NCBI GenBank assembly: GCA_045837725.1
Contig: JBEWZL010000260.1
Location: 620,001-684,000, forward strand
Length of the DNA: 64,000 nt
Source of the DNA: Vermamoeba vermiformis
Lineage: Eukaryota
Direction: 5' to 3'
The notes below the pieces were generated by a model. It was not told the origin of the DNA, did not search any database, and saw only the letters and a list, made by a program, of their open reading frames with translations. Shown piece by piece: positions 15,633 to 26,657 of the stretch. A program made the translations under genes and the position numbers. Every line of letters starts with the position of its first letter. Position 1 is the stretch's first letter.

Positions 15633-18138
15633 ATGGAGCAAAACAATAGCATTCAATCGCCATCCAGCGCCCTTAAACGAAAGAGACGCACATCTGCTAT
15701 CGCAATGCTGCGAGATCAGCAAATTAGAGGGCATGTTAAGCCGGGTAAATACGTGCACAATTCTATAAATAATGTGGCATTTCCATATTTCACGTAAGTA
15801 CACCTAGAGGGCATTGTAGGGGCAAAAATATTACGAGTTTTGAATTTTCCGAATATCACTAATAATGGGACATCAAAAATATTACTAACCTATTGTTATG
15901 CCCGTTATTTATATTAAAATTATTTTTTGAAGCATTTTGCCTGAATTAATAATTTGTGTTGCAGTGATCTGGCTGGTCATTTTGGATGTGTCAATACAGT
16001 TGGATTTTCACACGGACAAGGACGTTATTTAGTGACTGGGTATGTATAGTTCGAAAATAATCTATTTCCTGCTTTCAACAGCTGTGCAGCTAGTTCTAAC
16101 CAATTTCATTAACATACAGATCTGATGACACGCGTGTGCTGCTGTGGGAAGTAAGCTATTCTTAAATTTTTCGTAGTGTCATTACATATTAACGTGGTCA
16201 TTTAAAGCCAATGTCGAGCAAGCCCAAGCCAATCATGGAACTGACAGGCCACAAGTCCAATGTTTTCAGTGCGGTGTTTGACAGCACCAATCGCTTCATT
16301 CTCAGCGCGGGAAACGACGCTAAAATTCTTCGTTATGACCTCGAATTTGCGCCAAAGAAAAAGAAGGCAGGAGGAGCGAACTGGACCAATTCTTTTGAGT
16401 TCCACGGCAGCTCAGTTTATAAAGGCAAGTCACAGCTGAATATACTCTGCGTGGGTACTAACCTCTTTATAGTGTCATACAGATACGGGGACGACAACAT
16501 ATTCGCGTCATCAAGGTATGTAAATAACTAGGACGTATGTAATAGGTGCTAATATCGTGCAGTGAGGACGGGTACTTTGCAGTGTGGGACATTCGCACCA
16601 AAAAGCCGTCAGGCGTAGTCTTTGCGCGCGGTGGATTTAACTCAGTTGACTTCAGTCCTGTTGACCCAAATCTGCTCGTGAGTGCGCATTCAAAGGACGG
16701 TCTCAAGTAAGGCTGATGAAGTGTCAAAATGTGACACGTGACACGTTGTATTAACTGGTCTTTCGTGACAGACTGTGGGACTTAAGGGCATCTTTGGGCT
16801 TTGGAAGACTGCGCAAACCACACAGCAAGTCATTCAACACGTACGGCAACAACAACATTAGCGGGGCTTACTTCAACAAGTTTGGCAATCAGATCAGTGA
16901 GTGACGATGTACCTCGGTTACCTGCAGCGTCTCTAACCCTTTAACAGTCGCTTCAGTCAAAGGTGGCTACCCTACACTATTCTCCACGCTGAGTGAAGAG
17001 CCCTTGTGCGTGATGTACAGCGACAGTTACAGGAACAGTTGCACGTTGAAGAGCTGCTCGTTTATTGGCCCTGATCACGAATACATTGTGCGTGCGAGAG
17101 TATAATGCATTGAGTTGAACTAATTATCTGATTAATCAGGTGAGTGGCAGTGACGACTTCAGAATTTATGGCTGGAAGATTCCGACAGACTTTGACACTT
17201 CAAGCCCAGCGTACAACAGTCGACATCACGTGATCAGAAATGAACTATTCGAGTCTTCGGTAGACAATGACGCGAGTGAAGAAGACAATGAGAGCAATGG
17301 TGATGTGAATGAGCCGAGTGCCAAGCGAAGACGTGTGGAGTGGAGCAAACCTGAGACCGTCAAACAGCTCGAGAGCAAGGGCGCGTACGTCGTGAGCCAG
17401 CCTCATTTTGTGCTTACCGGACACAAGTAAGACAACACTGCGCGCACCCTGAAGGGTCTCATCTAACTCGTCCTCGCAGGTCCATTGTGAACAACATTGC
17501 GTACCATCCAACCCTGCCCTTGATGGTCTCGTCGGGTGTGGAAAAAGTCATCAAGATGTGGTCACCTTATCCTCTAACTACCGAGCACAGAGAGCCTACT
17601 AAAGTGCGGCGAAGACAGCCCTACTTGTAAGTGTACAAAACTAGATTGGCGTGGCTAGGAGCTAACACGGTTTTAGGTTCACAAATCCATCGTTTGCCAA
17701 TTATTTTGATATGCTACCCACGCTGAGGGACAACGAGAATTCAATCGTCGAATCAGAGCAGACATTGGCATTGTTTGACTTTTTCAATCGCTGCGCATCG
17801 GTAAGTGTCCGAATATTTTTCAAAGCCAAGTTGTCTAATCAAAGTCTTAAGAACGATGACGATGACGAAGACGAAGATGACGACGATATTGGAGCTAATA
17901 TAATGAACCTTATTGACGAAGACGAGTCGTATGAAGACGAAGAGGAACCATCTTCTTCAGATCAGATTAACGAATCTGACTTGCGAAGGTATGATGAATG
18001 ATCGGTAGATAATCTGACTAATATCTAAGTAGGTTAATACCCCAAGATATGAATTTAGTGTTCATGGATGACAACGAGGAATACGTAAATGAAGTTGAAG
18101 AACTAGAACCAAGCTCGGATGAAATGGATGATTCGTAA
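15633..18138 (+). CDS. DCAF5: WD40 protein, DCAF5/WDR22-like CUL4-DDB1 substrate receptor
   Basis: Spliced DLAGHFGCVNTVGFS...VTGSDDTRVLLW, GHKSNVFSAVFD, NSCTLKSCSF, SGSDDFRIYGW, LTGH.SIVNNI, SSGVEKVIKMWSP, then an acidic tail. Confidence 0.85.
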
Positions 18139-18295
18139 GGCTATTCAAATATAAATATGTACATACAATGTTAATATTCGCTGTAATTAAACGTTCAAAA
18201 GATAATTTGACCGAAGTTTGACCAAGAAAACTGCGAAATTGAACGTCGCGTACTGGATTATTTTTTCATTAATTTTTCGGTGAATACCACACTTA

Positions 18296-19212
18296 ATGGC
18301 TGATTCTAACTCAAACTGGAGCGATAAGCTATCGGAAGAAAAGGTAAGCATAGATTGAACGCTCAACAATTTCTGACATCCGAGATCTAGGATCTTCTTT
18401 ATCGACTTGCGGTATTTCTGAAGAAAAACGAGCCATTTTCTTTCAAAGAAATTAGAAAGGCATTTACCTATATCGAGGAGGATCGTTTAAGGTACAAAAA
18501 TGATCAGATAGTAATGCGGTTAATAATTTTAAAGATCTGTCTTGGCTTATTTAACCGAAGCCAATGTCATTAAGTCATGCTCAATCGAGGCTGCGAACGA
18601 AGTAATATACTGGACAACGCATCTCGAAGTTTGGAATTTAATAGCGAAGGAAGGCCGCAATCAATGGTAATTACCGCTTTTTGTTTAAATTTCCTGGATC
18701 TAATTTCCTTTTCAGGAAAATGCGTAAGAGAGTGGACGAGCTTCTCAAAGCGAAAGTCACTCCTGCGTTGAAGGACAAATATTCCAAGAAAGAACACGTC
18801 CTTCGACAAGAAATTGAATCGCTCACCGAGACAATCATTTACAAAACATCGCGGCCTGACGAATTTGAGCCGCTTCCAAAGGTACGCTCTAAGCACTGGT
18901 GGGCACCGCTAATTCAAAACATTGGTAGAAACGTAAGATAGTCAGAACAGAGGACGTAGTCGATGCCAAAAAGTTGCAGATGCGTAAAGAGCTTGACGAC
19001 ATCGAGGCTGATATTGAGCGCGTAAGTCAGTCGTTGTCAAGTCTGCCTATTCACTAATTCAAATGTCTTCACAGTGGCGCCAGTACGTGCAGCGCATCAG
19101 CAATCAACTGTGCGAGCATCGAATGGTGCATCCACTGCAACTCGTGCGCATGTTGGGCATGGACTTTGGCAAAGCACGCAGCTACGGCGTGGACATTGCA
19201 TTCGAAGACTAA
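18296..19212 (+). CDS. Small winged-helix/coiled-coil protein, Mnd1/Hop2/Sfr1-like (about 210 aa, six exons)
   Basis: Five GT-AG introns give an open frame MADSNSNWSDKLSEEKDLLYRLAVFLKKNEPFSFKEIRK...VIYW...DIERWRQYVQRISNQL...LVRMLGMD. The family call is by eye only. Confidence 0.55.
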
Positions 19213-19265
19213 TGTCACGTGCTATTGTGGCCCTCTTTAGAGTAAAATATTACCTTGTTTTTTTT

Positions 19266-22200
19266 TTATTTTCTGTCGCGACTTCGTGCTCTGTCACGTG
19301 ATCGACTTCGGCTTAAGCTGCGTGATCTGCTGCGCGAGTATCTGTTTCTGTCACGACTGCGCGATCTACTGCGACCTGATCTGCTGCGACTTCTGCTGCG
19401 AGACCAACTTCTGCTGCGTCCTCTGCTGCGACTTCTTGACCTTCTGTATCTATCACGACTTCTGCTGCGTGGTCCGCTACGACGATCGCGTGAACGACTG
19501 CGTGATCGACTTCTGCTGCGTCTGTAACGAGGTCTCGATCTGCTGGGACTCGGACCACGGTAATAATCGCGTGTGCTGCCGGTGCTGTGGCGAAGACCAG
19601 GTGGAGGACCGCCTCGGCCACGGTACGGGGGTGGACCTCGTGATGAATAATCACGTGGCGGGGGATTGCCACGTGACGGCGGTGGTCCACGAGAAGATTT
19701 TGAGGGTGACTTTGGGGGTGGTTGATTGGCGACGATGACGCGCAGTCCTTCAGCAGACTTTGTGAGCGGATTAGCACTGCCAGGAGTGGTGCGCGACTGG
19801 GCTTTGACTTTGGGTGGCGTGATGATGACAGGTCTGACAACTGTCACCACTTGCGGCAGTTCTGAAACATTGGTGGGTGGTGTCGGTTCTGTCTTGTTCT
19901 CCCAACTGCGCGTCAAGTTAGCTGCGGTGGTGGAGCTGGGTTCGTTAGAACGGCGCAACGGGGCATTGAGCTCGGGCCATTTCTTGCACGCAGCATTGTA
20001 GTCGGCTTTGGCTGATTGAAATGGGCATTAGAAACGCAAAATAATGATAAATTAAATGATATCGTACTTAGGCCCAGTACACTGTCAAGTGCGAGGGCTT
20101 TGGCCTTGTATTTGGGCACGTCACTTTTGCTCCACTTCGGCATGTAGCGATAGATCATCTTCTCGGCTTTGACGAGCTCAATGGCTTTAGGATACACCTT
20201 GCAGAGGTCGTGCAGTGTCTTGATGGCCATCACACACGTGTTCACTTGTTTGGCACCCATTAAGTTGACGAGATTAGGTACGCCACCGCGCTCAGCAATC
20301 AACTGCGCATTGGCTGGCAGTGTGCACATGATGCGCAGTGTGCGTGCTGTCTCGTTCTTCACGACCTCATCGGGCACATTGAGCAGCAAAATCAGGGTGG
20401 GGATGGATTGTGCGCCTATTTGTTGTTTCAAAGTATCTAATAGTAGTGGTGTTAGGCCCATTCGAGTGCAAGATATAATTGATTAATTACCGTTCACACA
20501 AAGCACGGCAAGCAGTTTTGTGCTCGAAATTTGCAAGTCACTCTTCTGTGCCAGCATGCCAATGATATGACCCAAGGCTTTTTTGGCGATCAATTCGGCA
20601 TTTGTTTCTGATCGGAGTTGGTGCGAGTTCATATAAGGTATAATTAGACTTACTATTGTCTCGCGCGAGTTCGTACAAACACGATGACGCGCACGCAGTC
20701 TCTTCGACTGATCTGTAAATAGCTGCACCGAGCACGCTGTTCGGAGCAATAGGCACTAGGAACTCTTTGACCAGCAAGTCAATCGCATTGATCTCACGCA
20801 TGTAATTCTTGGCCTCGTCTACAGTGTGACAGTTAGTGACACGTGTCAAGCACGCAATGACATGGCAAGTTATTACCTGAAATAGCGTGGCCAGCGAGTG
20901 CACGCAGAACTTTTTGACGGTCCTTGGTGTTGTATTTGGTCGTCTCGACCATTCTCAAGAAAGCACTGATCTTGGCCTTGTCTACGTCCGTGAAGTTGGT
21001 CGTGCGTGGTGGTGACGCAGTGCCCGATCTGCTGACCGACTGCTCTTCGTGACTGCTCACCGCGTGCACTGCATCGTGGTCGTCCATCGGGTCTTCATTC
21101 GGCTCGTCAGACGCGGGCTCGGGAGGCGTGCTGAGGTCAATCACTGGTGGGGAGTTGGGCGCGGGTTCTGTTTTTTGTTTCTTGCGCTCTGGCTCTTCAC
21201 TTGGCTCGCCTTCGCCGACAACCTTGTTGTTGGCATCGACTTGGTCAATCTTTCGCTTGGCGGGACTGGGAGGGCAATTTTTTGCGATGAGAGCTGCAAG
21301 GTCCATGGACAGCTCCTGTGACTTGGGCTCTTTTTCAACGGGTGCATCAATGTCCATTGGCACGTGCTCTTCTTTGATGGGCACAGGCACGGGAGCAGGT
21401 TGCGGGATCAGGGCTGGCGAGGCTGGTTTGGAGTTGGGTGCCGAGCCCGAGTTATCTTTGACATTGGTGTTATTACTGGTGTTCGTAGTAGCCGTGGTGC
21501 TCTTGTTCAATTCACCCGCAATCTTCGGCTTGAAATTCTCACGCGGGTTCTGTTGCTGCAATAATTTCTTGATTTGGAAACTGCTGCTGGTGGCAGGTGG
21601 CACGAGTTGTTTGACTGGATTGCTAACGTTGGTGTTGCTGACTTTGTTGCTCATGGCCAGCAGTTCTGATTCGAGGTCACGCGCCAACTTCTTCTCCTCT
21701 TCAGCGGTCGTGTTCGCGGTAGGTACTTCCGCAGCTTTGTTTTTCCGCATGTCACTCACACTGCGCGGTCGTTGTCGTCGCGACCAAATTCCCTTCGCGA
21801 ACTCCAAGTTGTCATTTGAAAAGTCCTCTTCCACGGCCACACTCAGTGGAATAGCCATGCCTTTTGGATTGTCTTTCATTTGCAACAAACGGATGAAATT
21901 GGCTTCGTTAACAGTATTTACCTAAAAAGGAAATAAGTCGGTCGTGTCATTGAGGAATAACTTGACAACTTACAATTTGTCCGACGTTCATTGAAGGCTC
22001 GGAAATTTCACCAACTTTAGCTCCAAGAGCGTTGTATCTCAAATCTTTGCCGCTGTTAGTTACATGAATTGAGCCCTGGTTGACCAATCGCAGTCCATCC
22101 ACTCGCAGTGAAATGTCACTCAAAATCTCCCTCGCTTTAGCTACAACATAAAAACATTAGTTTCAAGTGCTGAAATCGCAAAATGATCCTTACTTAATCT

Positions 22201-25200
22201 GCTCTTATACTCGACAAACAATGCGTTCTTCAAGTCAATTGCAAATTTGTAAGGCAGATCTGGGTGTTCAATTTGCAGTCTGTCACACATGTTCGTGAAA
22301 GAATTGAGTTCTCGTTCGACCGTTCTCGCGCCTTGTTTCTTGCGCTCAAAGTCCTCCATGATAATCGCATTGACACTCTTTTTCAGGTCCTTTTCTCTAA
22401 TGCCTTCAATAGTCAACAGCTTTTGTGCCACGTCATCCAGTTTCTTTTGCAATGGATCGCGGCCAGACATGTCTACCAAGGTTGTAGTGGCCCAGTATTG
22501 TCCGAAGGCTTCGGAGATTTGCTTTCGTGAGTTCACAAAGTCGACGACACTGACTGATTCTTTGCCCTAATAAGGAAAGTTAATCACGTGTCTCAATATA
22601 GCGGAGTCGGTACGTACCGGTGCAACGCGATTGAGGCGACCGAGAGTTTGAACGGCGTTAGTGCCCACGAGCTTTCGATCGATGTACATGATCGCTAACT
22701 TGGGCTCGTCGAATCCAGTGCGCAACTTGTCAGCGACAATAATTAACTTGACGAGACTAGTAGTCTTTTTGAATTGCTGTAAGACTTTGCCTGCATAATC
22801 GCCGTTCACTGCTTCATCGTCTTGTGTGACTTTTTTGCCTTCGTAAGTGAACGAGGTAAATGCTGCCACAACCTCAAATTGCTAAAAAAGGAAATTAGCA
22901 GGGGTTATAATACTGCTGCAAATAAGTTAATTCTTACGTCTTCTTCGGGCAAGGCACGTATTAGCGTCTCAATCTCTTGCTTGTACCAAATGATGTGTTT
23001 TCTACTGCCCGTTACGAGCATGCCTTTGGCGGTGAATTTCTCGTTGCTGAGCTCTTTGCTCTTCTTGACGAAATGATTCACAATGTACTTGGCTTTCTCG
23101 CGCAGCACTTGTCGGTCATCTTCAGTCGCTTTCATCAATGTTTTGGTGGCTTCTAAACCTTTCTCGTACGTCTTTGTAATTGCCTCCATGGCTGAAGGTT
23201 CGATTTGTGCGATGGCTGCAACAGACGTGTAATCTTCTAAGACGTTCATAATGACCTTGTCGTTGAGTGCTTGTTCCATCGAGTACGTGCAGAACGGTGA
23301 ATAAGTGCTGCCGTGCTTGACACCAAACATTTCAAGGGCCTTAGGGGTAGGTGTGCACGTGAATGAAAAGTACGTAATGGACTCCGACTGACGCGTGGCA
23401 CCTGTCAAGAACTCGTGCACGTGTCGAGTAGAACTACGACCGTGCGTTCGATGTGCTTCATCGGCAATAATAGCAATTGTTTTGTCGAGTTTGTTCTTGG
23501 TCAACAGCTGACCAAACTTCTGCACAGTTGACATGAGAACACGTGACTTGCTGTTGTCCACCAACAATGAATTGAGATCTGTTGCTTTGTCCGCTTGTTT
23601 GATCCCTGTGCGGACTTGATTGGCCCGCAAGAATCTTTTGACAGTTTTGCCGAGTTGTTCGTCCAGAACTTTTCTGTCAGTCAGCACAAGAATAAAATCA
23701 AACTTGTACTTGTCATTATTATCCTGATTAGATTGTGTTAGAATTTAGTATTACTATCGATATTGACTTACTTTGAGCATGTACAACATGTAGACCAAGC
23801 AAGCAATTGTGAGTGATTTGCCGCTGCCCGCAGAGTGTTGAATCAAATAATTTTTGATCGTTGGACTCGCATCAGTCTTGCCGTCAAGTTCTGACACGTA
23901 ATTACTCATCAAAATGTCTCGGATAATGTTGTACACAGCTTCCCATTGATGTTTGCGCGGTGTGACGTCGATGAATGAATCAATCACAATCTGTTTCAAC
24001 TTGTTTGGCGTGCTTTTCATTATATCTTTCACGTTCAAGCCATCGAGACTCTGCGTGACTTTATCGTTGAGAATTTTCATGTAGTCATCTTCTTCGTCTA
24101 ACGCATCGCCGAGCTGTTCGTCGGTAGATTTCTCTTGATTGGCTTCGTTTTGCAGCACAAAGTCGAGTGCACTGGCCTCTTCGGGGTCAATTTGCATCAC
24201 TTCATCGTTGATGTATTCTTCTAACGACTGTTCACTCGCCTCATCTTCCTCGCTGTCTTCTTCATCTGACGGCTCGGTAACAATTGGTTGCTTCGTCTCC
24301 TTGACTTTTTTGTCCTTCTTAGTCTCGATTTGCTTCTTCTTTTCTTTTTCTTTCTCTCGTTCTTTTTCCTTTTTTTGTTCCTTCTTCTCCTTTTCTTTCT
24401 TTTTCTCCTTTGCAGCCTTTTCTGCTTTGTCTTTTTTCTTCACATCCTCATCATCTTGTTCAACGTTTGTATTATTTATGGTATTGTTGGTTGGTGGTGA
24501 TATCGATGTTGGAACTGGTGTGAGGGTTGGAGTAGGAGCTGGTGTTGGTGTGATCGGGGGTAAATTTTGCATTGCTTTTGAAAAGCTCGAGGGAATCTCC
24601 AAGCTGAAACCTTCATCCAACGAATAAGGTATACTAGCTTGTCTGGGTGTTTTAGGTGAATCGCTGGAGCCGAATATGAGGTCTTCAGGCAAGTCAAACG
24701 ATTGCAATGTGAAATTGGGCTTGGGTCGTTCAGCAACTGGTTCTACGATAGGTTGCGGGTGTGACTCTTCAGCTTTATCCTCAATGTCATCGCTGATCTC
24801 TGGCAGCACCATGCTGTCCTCTAGCTTGGCTTTGCTCTTCGACGCAGCTGTGTCGCGCTTCGACCTGGTCACGCGTTTTGGTTTGGTCTCAACTGGTTCA
24901 GGAGGTGTGTCGGGCTCTGCTATTTTTTTCTTACGCGCTGTTGCAGTCTTTTTTGGGGCATCATCAGCTTTGTAACTCGTTGGCAGTGAGTCGCGCATCT
25001 GTTTTAATTTTAACAAGCGGATTCGGTGGCCGATTTTCGTAACACCCATTTCCTGGGAACGGTTAGTGATGTTGTATTATAACAAAAATAAATGTACCTT
25101 TAACAGCTCATGATCGAGGCTCATTAACTCATTCTGTGTAATATCGTGTGATCTGAACAGATCGCAATATTCTTGTGCTTCTTGCTGAGAAAAGCCCAAT

Positions 25201-25226
25201 TCTACGAGTGTACTCTGCAAGCTCAT
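19266..25226 (-). CDS. SAM domain + Type I restriction HsdR-like SF2 ATPase/translocase + ARM-like repeats + RS domain fusion protein (roughly 1800 aa)
   Basis: SAM domain (LMSLDHELLKEMGVTKIGHRIRLLK). HsdR motor motifs NYLIQHSAGSGKS, LTDRKVLDEQL, STVQKF, IIADEAH, FTCTP, YSMEQAL, AKGMLVTGSR and IVADKLRTGFDEPKLAIMYIDRKL..AVQTLGRLNR. Helical ARM-like repeats and a long RS dipeptide tail. The junctions I traced (SAM to motor, motor to linker, ARM to RS) splice in frame at GT-AG introns. Confidence 0.88.
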
Positions 25227-25691
25227 GCTGTCTAATTTATAATAAGTTAATTATGGGTCTGCTATCGTAAAAATTTGCGCGGGACAATTTGTTTTGCACT
25301 GTACGCGCTTGCAAATAGTTATAATTTGCCTAAAACATTCTAATAAATAAAGCTTATCACACATATGTGCTTAATTATTTTTTTTAAATTTCAGAGAGGC
25401 AAAAATCGAAAAATGAGATCGTGCTACGAAACGTCGGCAAGTTGCAAACGACATTATTCCAATTTAAAAAATTAAATTAATTTATAAATAACGGAATATA
25501 GAGCTTACTTGTTAATGTAGTTATTCCTTATTCGATTAATTGGATGTGGGATCCCAAATCCCGAACTTTAAATAAGATAATTCGCGAACATGATCCGCGT
25601 TAACGAAATATATGTCTATATACAAATGTACAATAAAAAAAAACTGGGGTGGCCGAAAACGAAGAAGATCCATCAGGGCGGTCACGTGCGC

Positions 25692-26584
25692 TATTGTTAA
25701 CCGGATTCAAATTCCCACGAAATTATTGTAGCGAATCGCAACAAGATTTTTTGTTTGTGCGAAAATTTTTGTAGTTGCGAACTTCTTAGCATCGTTGATG
25801 CGAAGCACCGACTGCACCGCGGTATAGATCTCACGGAGATTTCTGTGGTCGTATCTCGACCGCTAGATAAGCGGATACAAAGCGGATGCACCCGGATCTG
25901 AAAAAAACTATGCACATAAATTCAATCTTAATTTATTTTCGATTATATTACAAATATTTAAATATATTCAAAAGCAGGACACGCGTCTGCGACGATAAAT
26001 CCTTAAAAATACACCATTAAAGGCGTCCTGCTTTAGCGCTAAGTTAAGGAATGCTTACTTAAGGTAAAATATGCAATGAGTGGAATGACGTGTGGTTCAG
26101 CTCGTGGGGAACAAAAAGGATTGGCCCAAAAAACTGCTAAGTTTTTTTTACGGCCATTTTCTGTTTGTTTTGCCCGGAACACCACGCGCCTCCCCCAACC
26201 TGATGTTCGTTTGCTTAAGCTCAAAAAGTAACTGTGGCATTCGTAATTGATTCACGCCAGCGTGAGAAGTGTAACGCGGATCGACCACCGTATCTCACGT
26301 TGGGTTTCCTGTGCTCTTTGTAGATTTTTATGTAAGATATATTTATATATGTAAATAAATTTATCAGTTTTCGCCAAACTGTAACGCATCTGGCTACTGC
26401 ACGGGACGGGAGCGCATATGTGCAGATACGACCACAGAAATCTCCCTGAAAACCCTACAGCGGTGCCGTTGGTACCCCGTTCGCATTGTTGCGATGTTGT
26501 TGGAATGAAAATTTTCGCACGAACAAAAATCTTGTTGCGATTCGCAACAAACATTTCGTGGGAATTTGAATCCGGTTAACAATA
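25692..26584. mobile_element. ~890 bp foldback/MITE-like non-autonomous element with long imperfect terminal inverted repeats
   Basis: 25692-25856 is the imperfect reverse complement of 26424-26584 (both start TATTGTTAACCGGATTCAAATTCCCACGAAAT). A central hairpin lies on the same symmetry axis (~26138). No credible coding capacity. Confidence 0.7.
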
Positions 26585-26657
26585 AAAAGTTCTTGGTTTT
26601 ACCAAAGACTTGAACTTATTATTTTAACTAGTGCTTGTTAACGTCCACTCATACAAG

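Noticed and set aside
19255-19840. Antisense and alternative-frame ORFs over the RS tail
   Set aside because: They are artefacts of the low-complexity RS codon repeat.
19266-25226. A functional Type I R-M system or bacterial contamination
   Set aside because: The gene has spliceosomal introns and eukaryotic domains, lacks the nuclease domain, and has no hsdM/hsdS nearby.
25701-25720. GGATTCAAATTCCC as a tRNA B-box, or the repeat arms as tRNA/5S genes
   Set aside because: No cloverleaf or 5S secondary structure could be built. No RNA gene was confidently seen in the window.
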